DNA from: Candidatus Nanohaloarchaea archaeon
GTDB taxonomy: Archaea; Nanohalarchaeota; Nanosalinia; Nanosalinales; Nanosalinaceae
Direction of reading: 5' to 3'
Assembly: GCA_046497485.1 (NCBI GenBank)
Contig: JAWOFP010000056.1
Location: forward strand, 1 to 38,061
DNA: 38,061 bases
Shown here: piece after piece, positions 1-8,964 of the stretch
Layout: each line of letters begins with the position of its first letter
How positions within the stretch are numbered: the first letter of the stretch is position 1
Position numbers and translations under genes: made by a program
Notes under the pieces: model-generated
Databases searched by the model: none
Told to the model about the DNA's origin: nothing
Seen by the model: the letters and a program-made list of their open reading frames with translations, nothing else

Positions 1-648
1 GTTTTCGCAGTAGGCCGCTCACAGGAGGTTCTTGCTTTGCTCGCTGATGAGATGGATCGAAGCTACTTTGATTACAATGTCTATGTCGATGGAATGATCA
101 ATGACGCCAACGCACTGCATACAGCTTACCCAGAGTTTTTATCAAAGAAGATCCAGAACAAAGTAAACCGGAAGAACTCGCCTTTCCTCAAAGAGAATAT
201 CAAAGCAATTGGCAGCTACAATGAGAGGCAAGAAGTCTACGATGACGATGCATGCATCATTTTAACCACTTCAGGATCAATTACAGGAGGCCCAATTATG
301 TCATACTTGAAAAGAGAGGCCTCAGAACCTGACAACACCTTGATCTTTGTTGGTTACCAGTTCGAAGGCTCACTAGGTAGAGAAATTCAGAATGGAGCGG
401 ACGAAGTTGAGATAGATGGAGACAAAGTTGAGATCAATCTTGATACTTTGAGCGTCTCAGGATTCTCAGCTCACAGCGATAGACAGCAGATAATCAACTT
501 CACCAAGAACCTGAGATCCACTCCGAACAAAGTCTTGACAAATCATGGAGAGAAGAAGAACTGCTTCTCACTGGCTTCAGGCCTTCACAAAGCCCTTAGA
601 ATTGATACTTCTGCACCGCAAAACCTAGAGGTCAACAGGTTAAACTAG
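1..648 (+). CDS. fttA: beta-CASP metallo-beta-lactamase ribonuclease, aCPSF1/FttA (5'-truncated by window edge)
   Basis: Frame is open from base 1 (VFAVGRSQE). Motifs FAVGRSQE, VGYQ, SGFSAHSD and NHGE, and a C-terminal APQNLE..RL typical of aCPSF1. The N-terminal KH/MBL part lies outside the window. Confidence 0.85.
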   Translation, partial: VFAVGRSQEVLALLADEMDRSYFDYNVYVDGMINDANALHTAYPEFLSKKIQNKVNRKNSPFLKENIKAIGSYNERQEVYDDDACIILTTSGSITGGPIMSYLKREASEPDNTLIFVGYQFEGSLGREIQNGADEVEIDGDKVEINLDTLSVSGFSAHSDRQQIINFTKNLRSTPNKVLTNHGEKKNCFSLASGLHKALRIDTSAPQNLEVNRLN

Positions 649-675
649 TTAAGATTTACAGGAGAATTTGATAAC

Positions 676-2079
676 ATGGTAATGATAGGCCTGGAAACAC
701 ATGTCCAGTTAGATACTAAATCCAAGCTTTTCTGCGGATGCAGGAACAGTAAAGACGAGGAACCGAACGAAAATGTCTGTGAGACCTGTCTTGGTATGCC
801 AGGCTCAAAGCCTAGAATCAACGGAAAAGTATTGAAACAGGCCTTGAAGACTTCTCTTGCTCTTGAATGTGATGTGAATGAGGATTACTTTTTCTCCCGT
901 AAAACATATTTCTACCCTGACATGTCGAAAAATTATCAGATAACTCAGTTTGAGCTTCCTGTTGGTGAAAAGGGAGAGTTTGAAGTTAAAGTAGAGGATG
1001 ACAAAATTAATGTAGGGATTACTCGGCTACATATTGAGGAAGATCCCGCCAAGCTAGTGCATGAAGGAGGATCTGTCAAAAAATCAGATTATACTAAAGT
1101 AGATTACAATAGAGCAGGCACACCTTTACTTGAAATCGTTACAGACCCTGATTTTGAGACTCCTGAACAAGCTAGAGCTTATCTTCAGCAGTTGAGCCAG
1201 ATGCTTGAATACCTAGGAATCTATGATCCAGAATCAGATTTTGCGATCAAGAGTGACGCCAACATTTCTATTGAAGGCGGAGAGAGAATTGAGGTCAAGA
1301 ACATTACTGGAACTTCAGATATTGAGAAGGCCTTAAACTATGAGATAAGCCGTCAAAAGCAGATGAAGAAAAGGGGTAAAGAAATTACTCAGGAGACCCG
1401 AGGATTCAATCCTGGAATGGGCTCAACTGAGAAGATGAGAGAAAAAGAGACTGAGGAAGACTATGGATATATCTTCGACCCTGATTTAACCAGGCAGAGA
1501 AATAATGATAATAAGATTAAACAGGCCTCAAAAGAGATACCAGAGCTTCCAAAGGAGAAGCTTGAGCGATACATGAGCAAAGGCCTGAAACCGAAGATGG
1601 CGGAAGCCCTTGTCTCAGATCCTGAGATTGCGGATTTATTTGAGATGCTGGAGTCTGATTTCGATTCAGTTATGACTGCTTCTCTCTTAACCGGAGACCT
1701 GAAGAAAGTACTGAACTACCACGAAATCAGGTTCAGTGAGTCAGGCCTCAAAAAGAAATGGTTTAAGCACTTACTAAAATTAGTTGAAGAAGAAAAGATA
1801 AGCGATAGAAACGCTGAGGAGGCATTGCGTGAAGCAGTCGATAACCCTAGACCATTCAAGAAGATTGTTGAGGATGAAGATCTTCTGAAGTCTGGTGAAG
1901 ATGAGACTGCCCAAGTAGTGGAGCAAGTGATTGAAGAGGAAGACGATGCTGTAGAGGACTACCATGACGGCGATGAAGGAGCATTGAACTATCTGGTAGG
2001 CCAAGTTATGTCTACAAGCGGCGGTAAGGCAGATCCTAAAAACGCCCGAGAACTTTTGAAAGAACAGCTTGAAAATTAG
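676..2079 (+). CDS. gatB: Asp-tRNA(Asn)/Glu-tRNA(Gln) amidotransferase subunit B
   Basis: IGLETHVQL, RKTYFYPD, NYQITQ, HIEEDPAK, DYNRAGTPLLEIVT, and a C-terminal YqeY-like tail (LVGQVM...GKADP). Confidence 0.97.
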   Translation: MVMIGLETHVQLDTKSKLFCGCRNSKDEEPNENVCETCLGMPGSKPRINGKVLKQALKTSLALECDVNEDYFFSRKTYFYPDMSKNYQITQFELPVGEKGEFEVKVEDDKINVGITRLHIEEDPAKLVHEGGSVKKSDYTKVDYNRAGTPLLEIVTDPDFETPEQARAYLQQLSQMLEYLGIYDPESDFAIKSDANISIEGGERIEVKNITGTSDIEKALNYEISRQKQMKKRGKEITQETRGFNPGMGSTEKMREKETEEDYGYIFDPDLTRQRNNDNKIKQASKEIPELPKEKLERYMSKGLKPKMAEALVSDPEIADLFEMLESDFDSVMTASLLTGDLKKVLNYHEIRFSESGLKKKWFKHLLKLVEEEKISDRNAEEALREAVDNPRPFKKIVEDEDLLKSGEDETAQVVEQVIEEEDDAVEDYHDGDEGALNYLVGQVMSTSGGKADPKNARELLKEQLEN

Positions 2080-2084
2080 ATAAT

Positions 2085-2420
2085 ATGAAGTTCGAGCCTA
2101 AAGAATCAAACTTAGTAGATAAAAACACCGAAATCACTTCTCTATTCGATAAGGAAGACGCTAATTTTGACGCAGTAATCTCTAAGGTAGATGGTTATCA
2201 TCCTGAAGAAGGAGAAAAGGTAATTAATGAGGAAAGTGAGCGTGCTTACTATGTCTTGGAAGGAGAAGGCACCATATATGTTCGTGACAATGATTTCTCT
2301 GTAAGCTCCGGAGATCTAATATTTATTGAGAAAGGGAAAGGCCATGCACTGGAAGGAGATATCAGAACTTTAGTAATTACTAGTCCTCCTTTCAACCCTG
2401 AAAATGAGAGGATAGAATGA
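2085..2420 (+). CDS. cupin-domain protein
   Basis: YYVLEGEG...GDLIFIEKGKGH cupin motifs; ATGA overlap with the next gene. Confidence 0.8.
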   Translation: MKFEPKESNLVDKNTEITSLFDKEDANFDAVISKVDGYHPEEGEKVINEESERAYYVLEGEGTIYVRDNDFSVSSGDLIFIEKGKGHALEGDIRTLVITSPPFNPENERIE

Positions 2421-3328
2421 AAGCACACAATTTTTTGGAGGGAAATGGCCTTGATTTTGAGGTAGTTGAACAGGATAATCCGACTAAGGACTGTGATGAC
2501 GCAGCTCAGGAACGAGGAGTAGAAACTTCTCAGATTGTCAAGAGTTTGATAGTTGAGAGACATAAAGAGAAAGGAGTGAAAAAAGGTGATTTGATTCATG
2601 TCTTACTGCCTGGAGACCGAGAAATTAGCGAGAAAAAGTTTGGGGAACATCATCTAATCTCTCCAGAAAAATCCAAGGAACTTACGGGATTTGAATCAGG
2701 CACGGTACATCCATTCTCCACAGAAATTGAACATGTTATAGATTACAGAGTACTGGAAAACGAGGAAGTATCATTTACAGTCGGAGAACAGCTTAAAGGA
2801 GTAATAATAAACTCAAAAGAATTCAGGAAAGGCCTAGAAAAATCAAATTTTGATTATGAAATCAAGGATATCTCCCTAACTAAACAGGAAGATATTGATC
2901 TTCTTGAATCTGAAAGCCTGGACAAGGAGGATGCAATGTTTGTCGCGGATAAAGGCCTAGCACCACTCTATTTAGAGCTAAATTATGATTCTGAGGATGT
3001 AATTAAGTCTTTTCAGGAGCTTCTACGCCGCGACATAAGACCTGAGAAAGAGATAGTTACTGAAATAATTGAAGCTTCAGAGAACCTGAATCATTTGCAG
3101 AAACTAGTTGAAACTTATGCTGAGACAGGCAAGATTGAAGATTCAGGAAGCTTTGAATTAGAGGAAGTTATAGATGAGATATTGGATGAAAATTCTGAGG
3201 CCTTAGAAGATTTGAAGGAGGGAAAGCAGTCAGTTGAAAACTTTATAATCGGACAGGTTATGCAGAGGACATCTGGTAGAGCCAGGCCTGAAAGAGTTAA
3301 GGAGGTTCTAAATAATGAGTTCAGATGA
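2417..3328 (+). CDS. YbaK/ProX-family aminoacyl-tRNA deacylase domain fused to GatB/YqeY C-terminal tRNA-binding domain
   Basis: N-terminal ~150 aa has QIVKSLIV (conserved Lys) and TGFESGTVHPF. C-terminal NFIIGQVMQRTSGRARP aligns by eye with the GatB tail NYLVGQVMSTSGGKADP. Confidence 0.8.
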   Translation: MKAHNFLEGNGLDFEVVEQDNPTKDCDDAAQERGVETSQIVKSLIVERHKEKGVKKGDLIHVLLPGDREISEKKFGEHHLISPEKSKELTGFESGTVHPFSTEIEHVIDYRVLENEEVSFTVGEQLKGVIINSKEFRKGLEKSNFDYEIKDISLTKQEDIDLLESESLDKEDAMFVADKGLAPLYLELNYDSEDVIKSFQELLRRDIRPEKEIVTEIIEASENLNHLQKLVETYAETGKIEDSGSFELEEVIDEILDENSEALEDLKEGKQSVENFIIGQVMQRTSGRARPERVKEVLNNEFR

Positions 3329-4004
3329 GTTAGTAGATGAAAAAGTTGATGAATTAAAAAATAGAGATAATGTTAGAGCAGTAGCTATTGTGGGTAGTTA
3401 TGCTCGTGAGCCAGACATGAACCACAATGATATAGATATCTATGTGATTGTAGAAGGTGACTGGAGAAGAAGAGAAACTTTTGAAGAAGATGGACAAGTT
3501 TGGGAGATTTTCTATAATTCGATGAACTGGATAAAGTCGTACTTTGATGAAGAGAAATGGTATATGTATCATTGGATTAAAAATAGAGATGTACGCTATG
3601 ATCCTGAAAACCTATTTAATGAGTTAGAAGAGCTTAGTGAAGAGTTTAAACGAGAACAATTTGATATTGATGCCGAAAGAATTAGTTATGCAGTATGGGA
3701 TTTTATTCAAGATATTGAGTCAAAGGATGTGGCACAAAAGAGATTCATGATGTACCATGCATTTGATTATATTTTGAAAAAGCACTATTTAGTCTGTGAA
3801 CAACCACTAGTTAAGGAAAACTATAGACTAGAAAAGCTTAAAGATTTTGACGGGTATATGTACAAGCTTTCTCAAGAATTTCTTAATTCTTCTAGTACAG
3901 TAGAAAAGCGTAGAAAATTAGATGATATAACTAAACACTTCTGTAAGAAACTTGGTAAAGAACCAAATCCTAGATGGAAAACAGATAAAGAAAAATTAAA
4001 TTAG
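3315..4004 (+). CDS. Pol-beta superfamily nucleotidyltransferase with C-terminal helical domain
   Basis: GSYAR...DIDIYV motif; overlaps the upstream gene by 14 nt. Confidence 0.75.
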   Translation: MSSDELVDEKVDELKNRDNVRAVAIVGSYAREPDMNHNDIDIYVIVEGDWRRRETFEEDGQVWEIFYNSMNWIKSYFDEEKWYMYHWIKNRDVRYDPENLFNELEELSEEFKREQFDIDAERISYAVWDFIQDIESKDVAQKRFMMYHAFDYILKKHYLVCEQPLVKENYRLEKLKDFDGYMYKLSQEFLNSSSTVEKRRKLDDITKHFCKKLGKEPNPRWKTDKEKLN

Positions 4005-4213
4005 ACCTGATTCTGTTTCTTCCTGAGAATCTTGAAGCCTATCTCAGTGCCTTGATCATCTGAATGAATCCGCATCGGCACTTCTTTATCTGTTTCATGG
4101 TAGACTTTCCAGTTTTCTCCGTCAAGCGCGATGCTTCCACCTTCTATAGAATCGGCTACATCTCTCAGCAGTTCGGCCGCATCTTTCCTTGTCAGGTTAA
4201 ATTCCTTATCCAT
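4001..4213 (-). CDS. small amphi-Trp-like domain protein
   Basis: LTRKDAAELLRDVADSIEGG resembles the amphi-Trp family N-terminus; abuts the stop codon of the AAA gene. Confidence 0.55.
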   Translation of the reverse strand: MDKEFNLTRKDAAELLRDVADSIEGGSIALDGENWKVYHETDKEVPMRIHSDDQGTEIGFKILRKKQNQV

Positions 4214-5392
4214 TTATGCGAACATCTCATCTGGGTGATGGCTTGCCTTGTTGAGGAAGTCCTTCTCTACTCCGAGATTTCCTTCCTTCAGGTCTTTGAC
4301 AGCTTCATTGAAGTCATCCATCGAGACTTTGGCATTTTCTATATCGTCTGATTCTTCAAGTGCATTGACTGCTGCCTGTCTAACAACCTGCTGGATATCT
4401 CTTCCAGTGAACTCATCCTGTAGTTCATCTGCTACTAATTCAAGATTAACATCTTCCTGAAGATCAAGTTTTCTGGTGTGAACCTGGAGAATCTCCATTC
4501 TCGCTTCTTTGTCAGGTACTGGGACTTCAATCGCTGAAGTACGGTTAAGTAGTGCTGGATCCATGATGTCAGGAGTATTCGTTGCGAAAATCGAGATTAC
4601 GCTCTGGTCTCCATCTGAATCTAATCCGTCAAGCTCGGATAGAAGCTGAGACATTGTCCTCTCAACCTCTTCTCCGCCGTGTCTTCTATCATCTAGTCTT
4701 TTCTTAGCTATCGCATCTATCTCGTCAATAAATACGATTGCAGGCCTCTCAGAGGCTCTTGCTTGTTCATAGAGTCTTTTGACTTTCTTGGCTCCTTCTC
4801 CAATGAACTTCTCAACTAGCTGAGGTCCGTTAATCATGAACATATCAGCGTCATATTCATTTGAGAGAGCCTTTACCATATGTGTTTTACCTGTTCCAGG
4901 CCTTCCAATTAGGAGCAGACTTTTGTCCATGTCCATTCCCCATTCTTGGATTTTCTCAAGTTTTTCTCCGTTAAGCTGTGCGCCTACATTAGAGTTAAGT
5001 GATTTAATTACGTGGTCTAGGCCTCCGATATCCTGGAAAGTTACATCTGTTTCTACAGGATTAAATTCGGAGTCTTTGACTTTTTCTACAATATCTGTTA
5101 CTTTGAAACTGTTAGGGTCTAATGCTACTTCTGTTCCGGGTGTGAAGTCTTCTGGTTCGTAGTTTGAAGGTACTTCTACTCCGTAGCGGCCTTTCATGTT
5201 TCCGCTTGCTTCTACCCAGATTCTGTTTCCGTCGTATTCTGAAACTATTACTCCTCTAAGCACCGGAGTCTTCAATTGGGTGCCGTTAGGATTCTGATTT
5301 CCTCCAGTTTTCTTCTGATTAAAGTACTGTGGGAACTGGACTTTCTGTTTTTTACCGTCTTCATTCTTCTCGTTCTCTTCTTTATCTGTCAT
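4214..5392 (-). CDS. PAN-like AAA+ ATPase (divergent proteasome-activating nucleotidase homologue)
   Basis: TFQDIGGL, Walker A GRPGTGKT, pore loop KFIGEG, Walker B VFIDEIDAI, EVERTMSQLLSELDG, OB-like N domain, C-terminal MFA. Start moved to ATG 5392, which is preceded by a GGTGA SD. Confidence 0.8.
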   Translation of the reverse strand: MTDKEENEKNEDGKKQKVQFPQYFNQKKTGGNQNPNGTQLKTPVLRGVIVSEYDGNRIWVEASGNMKGRYGVEVPSNYEPEDFTPGTEVALDPNSFKVTDIVEKVKDSEFNPVETDVTFQDIGGLDHVIKSLNSNVGAQLNGEKLEKIQEWGMDMDKSLLLIGRPGTGKTHMVKALSNEYDADMFMINGPQLVEKFIGEGAKKVKRLYEQARASERPAIVFIDEIDAIAKKRLDDRRHGGEEVERTMSQLLSELDGLDSDGDQSVISIFATNTPDIMDPALLNRTSAIEVPVPDKEARMEILQVHTRKLDLQEDVNLELVADELQDEFTGRDIQQVVRQAAVNALEESDDIENAKVSMDDFNEAVKDLKEGNLGVEKDFLNKASHHPDEMFA

Positions 5393-5473
5393 TTTACTTT
5401 CACCTGAAAGAAAATCCTTCAGCTTTTCCAGCCAACTGCCCGGATTCACTACTTGAAAAACATCTTCTTATCT

Positions 5474-5704
5474 TTATAAATCAAATTCATCCAAAGAATC
5501 CGAAAACCCATCTCTCAAAAAGGCCTTATAACTGAAGGTTTCAGAACCTTTCCCTACATCATATTTTCTGGTATCAGGAAAATCTTCCGGATCTGAAACA
5601 GAATAGACTTTTTCATTTCGATCAATATCCATTTTTGAGGCCTTGTAGATTGTTCCTGCTGCTACTCCTGCTGAAAGATATGATAGAACTTTTCTTCTTT
5701 CCAC
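5474..5704 (-). CDS. small protein with twin-arginine-like signal peptide
   Basis: MERRKVLSYLSAGVAAG; GTG start; acidic C-terminus. Confidence 0.45.
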   Translation of the reverse strand: MERRKVLSYLSAGVAAGTIYKASKMDIDRNEKVYSVSDPEDFPDTRKYDVGKGSETFSYKAFLRDGFSDSLDEFDL

Positions 5705-5757
5705 GGAAAAACTGGTGAGGCCTTTCTGTTATAAAAATCGGTTCAGATTTATAGGAT

Positions 5758-7173
5758 ATGAAGAAGACTAAAATTGTCTCAACTATAGGTCCAGCAACAA
5801 ACTCAAAGAAAAAGATAGATGCTATAATCGACTCTGGCGTCGATGTGATCCGTCAGAACTTCTCTCATGTAGACCACGAGGTTCACGGCGAGATATTTGA
5901 CAGGGTTCGAGAGACCTCAGAGAAGACGGCTATAATGGCTGATACGAAAGGCCCGGAAATCAGGCTCGGAGAAGTAGAAGAGGATACATTTCTAGAACAA
6001 GGCCATCAAATAAAAATCACTACGGAAGAAATTGTGGGAGATTCTGAAAAGATATCAGTGAACTATGAAGGCCTATTAGATAATGTAGAAGCCGGAGACG
6101 AAATCAGGATCGACGATGGGAAGATAGAGTTAGAAGTAGATAATGTACGAGAAGAAATCGAAGCTACTGTGATTTTCGGAGGAGAAATCTCTTCAAGAAA
6201 GGCAGTCAATGTACCTGGGAAAGATATTGGTCTTTCAGCACCGACAGAAAAAGACAGGAAAGATATCGAATTTGCTGCCGAAAAAGGATACGACTTCCTA
6301 TCCTTGAGCTTCGTGAAAGAGGCCTCCGATGTAGAAGAAGTCAGAGAAATTCTAGATAGACACGACTCGGATATGCATATTATTTCAAAGATTGAACATC
6401 GGAAAGCGGTTGAGAACTTTGATGAGATTCTTGAGGCCTCCGATGCCATAATGGTGGCTAGAGGAGATTTAGGTGTCGAAATGCCTCCTGCAAAGCTTCC
6501 AAGACTTCAAAAAGAAATGATCGAGAAATGTAACAACGCTGGTAAGCCAGTTATCACTGCAACTCAAATGCTGGAATCAATGACAGAAAATGCAACAGCT
6601 ACCAGGGCAGAGATCTCAGATGTTGGAAACGCAGTACTGGACGGAACAGATGCAGTCATGCTTTCAGGAGAAACAGCGATCGGAGACTACCCAGTTAAGA
6701 CCGTAGAATTCATGGCGGAAGTCGTCAGAGAAGTCGAACAGTCCATGAACGGAAATATTCATCATACAGTTAAGCAGAGACCTGATAGTACAAGAGAGAT
6801 TATCTGTAAAAATGTATGGCAGGCCTCAAGAGACGGAAATGCAGAGTATATCGTTGCTCATACAACTTCTGGCAGCACCGCAAGAAACATCTCAAAGTAT
6901 AGGCCTAAAACGCCGATAATTGGATTTACAGATACTGAAATCACTGAGCGCCAGCTTCAACTGGTCTGGGGTGTCAGGCCTTACTATCAGGAGACTTATG
7001 ATTCAGTCGATGAGATGATCGAAAGTTCAGCTCAGAGAATGAAATCCCTTAATCTAGCAGAAAATAATGATAAGCTAGTTTTAAGCGCAGGAATTCCAGC
7101 ATCAGTGACGGGCACCACGAACATGATGCAGATCAGAAAAGTAGAGGAAATACTGGATAATACGAGCCCGTAG
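5758..7173 (+). CDS. pyk: pyruvate kinase
   Basis: KTKIVSTIGPA, RQNFSH, DTKGPEIR, IMVARGDLGVE, TATQMLESM, DAVMLSGETA. Confidence 0.98.
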   Translation: MKKTKIVSTIGPATNSKKKIDAIIDSGVDVIRQNFSHVDHEVHGEIFDRVRETSEKTAIMADTKGPEIRLGEVEEDTFLEQGHQIKITTEEIVGDSEKISVNYEGLLDNVEAGDEIRIDDGKIELEVDNVREEIEATVIFGGEISSRKAVNVPGKDIGLSAPTEKDRKDIEFAAEKGYDFLSLSFVKEASDVEEVREILDRHDSDMHIISKIEHRKAVENFDEILEASDAIMVARGDLGVEMPPAKLPRLQKEMIEKCNNAGKPVITATQMLESMTENATATRAEISDVGNAVLDGTDAVMLSGETAIGDYPVKTVEFMAEVVREVEQSMNGNIHHTVKQRPDSTREIICKNVWQASRDGNAEYIVAHTTSGSTARNISKYRPKTPIIGFTDTEITERQLQLVWGVRPYYQETYDSVDEMIESSAQRMKSLNLAENNDKLVLSAGIPASVTGTTNMMQIRKVEEILDNTSP

Positions 7174-7237
7174 GGATTTGAACCCTAGACCTAGCGGTCC
7201 GAAGCCGCTCGCTCTGTCCAGGCTGAGCTACGGGCCC
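7163..7237 (-). tRNA. tRNA-Arg(UCG)
   Basis: Reverse complement GGGCCCGTAGCTCAGCCTGGACAGAGCG AGCGG CT TCG GA CCGCT ...GGTTCAAATCC...CGGGCTCG folds as a cloverleaf; no encoded CCA. Confidence 0.95.
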
Positions 7238-7359
7238 ACAAAAATTACAGGCCTTGGAATTCTTTTATAGATGAAAAGTTTTGCATAATACTAGGCTTCA
7301 ACATAAGCCAAATCTACCTGATATCTTATTTATTCAGATAGATTCAAAGATATCATGAA

Positions 7360-8946
7360 ATGGTCTTTCTTGTAACTAATAGCGACCTTGATGAAGAAAG
7401 TGTTGAAGGCCTAAATCAGCAGGTTACTGAAGAATTCAGTATATACTACGATAATAATATAGAAATAACCGAATTAAATGATAACATCTGTGTTTTTGAT
7501 GGTCTACTGATTAACGAGAGGAAAATAGAAGAAATTTTAAGTGAGGAAGTCGAAAGTTTAGAGAATTTATTCCTCAAGCTAGATGGTTATTTTACTGCTT
7601 TAATTATAGATAATCAAGAGATAAAAATATTTAGAGATATTTTCGGATCCAGGCCAGTCTACTATTCAAAAGATGACGATTCTTTATTCATATCGTCTAA
7701 TATAAGGTCTATAATACATTCAATGCCTATTGAGCCTGATTTATGCAAGTCTGTGGCCGCGGATTATCTTGCTAACGGAATGGCAGATCACCGTAGAAAA
7801 ACCTTTTTTGACGGAGTAAACCGCCTCAAACCCAAGGAGAAACTAATTGTCAAAAAAGGCGAGGTCAATATTAAAGAAGCCTCATATTCTCTAACAAGCC
7901 ATTCGAGAGATTTAAGGTCTACAGTAGAGAAAAATATTCAAAATCTTCAACCTGAAGAAGAGAAATACTACTGTCCTGTGAGTGGAGGGCTTGACTCAAC
8001 AATAACGGCTTCGAAATGCGGTGACGCAGAAAATATCTTCATTTCGTTTAAACAAGGTACGGGTGATAGCAAATATCTTTCGTCCGTTCAGAAGGAATAT
8101 AATCTAGATATTGAGAAGATAGAAGTCAGGCCTATTGATCTGATCAACGAAGTAAAACAAACTATTGAAACACAGGAAGAACCTACAGCTTATCCTGCTG
8201 TACCGGCCCAATCGCTGCTCTACAAGAAAATAGATGATGGCAGTAAAATAATCTCTGGTACGGGGGCAGATGAACTTTTCTATGGTTATACATGGTTTCT
8301 ACCCTTCTATATCTCCGATAAATTCAAGGAAGGAAGCTATATAGAATTTATACGGCTTTTGATAAATTACAGGAAAAGTCTTGGTAAAAGCCATCTCAAA
8401 GGAATAAAGGAAATACTTTTAGAAGGTTCTACAACAGTTTCAGCTAAGGCTAGTGACCTCGTAAAAATGGATGCCAAATCAGTTAAGATTGAAAATTTGG
8501 ATGAAGCAAGAAAGAAACATTTGGAAAAATTCTACGCCCCTCATATGCTTAAATCCACTCAAAAAAACTCAAACCATCATAATGTAGATGTAAGACCTGT
8601 GTTTTTATCTAAAAAACTGCTAGAGCTTTCAGAACAAATAGATTTTAGGGAGAACTTTGAGAAAGGTCTGAAAAAATACTCGCTTCGAAAAGAGTTTAGA
8701 GAAGATATTCCAGAAAAAATCTTTAAAAGGAAAGTTAAGACAGGTTTTGTCCATTCAGGAGAGGATTTATTTACAGATAAGGTTAAGCGAAAGTTCTACA
8801 AAATCTTTAATTCTAAATCGTTCCAAAGAAGAGATTTAATTAAGGGTAAGAGAACCCTAAGATTGCTAGAGAACGATAAATTAAGTTTTGAAATAGCCTA
8901 CAGATTTTACAGTTACGAAATATGGATGAGAGAATTCATAGATTAA
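7360..8946 (+). CDS. asparagine synthetase B-like ATP pyrophosphatase / amide ligase lacking the N-terminal Cys
   Basis: RDIFGSRPVYY, PP-loop SGGLDS, SGTGADELFYGY, RKVKTGF; AT-rich. Confidence 0.8.
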   Translation: MVFLVTNSDLDEESVEGLNQQVTEEFSIYYDNNIEITELNDNICVFDGLLINERKIEEILSEEVESLENLFLKLDGYFTALIIDNQEIKIFRDIFGSRPVYYSKDDDSLFISSNIRSIIHSMPIEPDLCKSVAADYLANGMADHRRKTFFDGVNRLKPKEKLIVKKGEVNIKEASYSLTSHSRDLRSTVEKNIQNLQPEEEKYYCPVSGGLDSTITASKCGDAENIFISFKQGTGDSKYLSSVQKEYNLDIEKIEVRPIDLINEVKQTIETQEEPTAYPAVPAQSLLYKKIDDGSKIISGTGADELFYGYTWFLPFYISDKFKEGSYIEFIRLLINYRKSLGKSHLKGIKEILLEGSTTVSAKASDLVKMDAKSVKIENLDEARKKHLEKFYAPHMLKSTQKNSNHHNVDVRPVFLSKKLLELSEQIDFRENFEKGLKKYSLRKEFREDIPEKIFKRKVKTGFVHSGEDLFTDKVKRKFYKIFNSKSFQRRDLIKGKRTLRLLENDKLSFEIAYRFYSYEIWMREFID

Positions 8947-8964
8947 ACGATAATTACTGTAAAA

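Noticed and set aside
7360..8946. Lasso peptide gene cluster
   Set aside because: No precursor, RRE or peptidase gene nearby; only the AsnB-like fold is supported.
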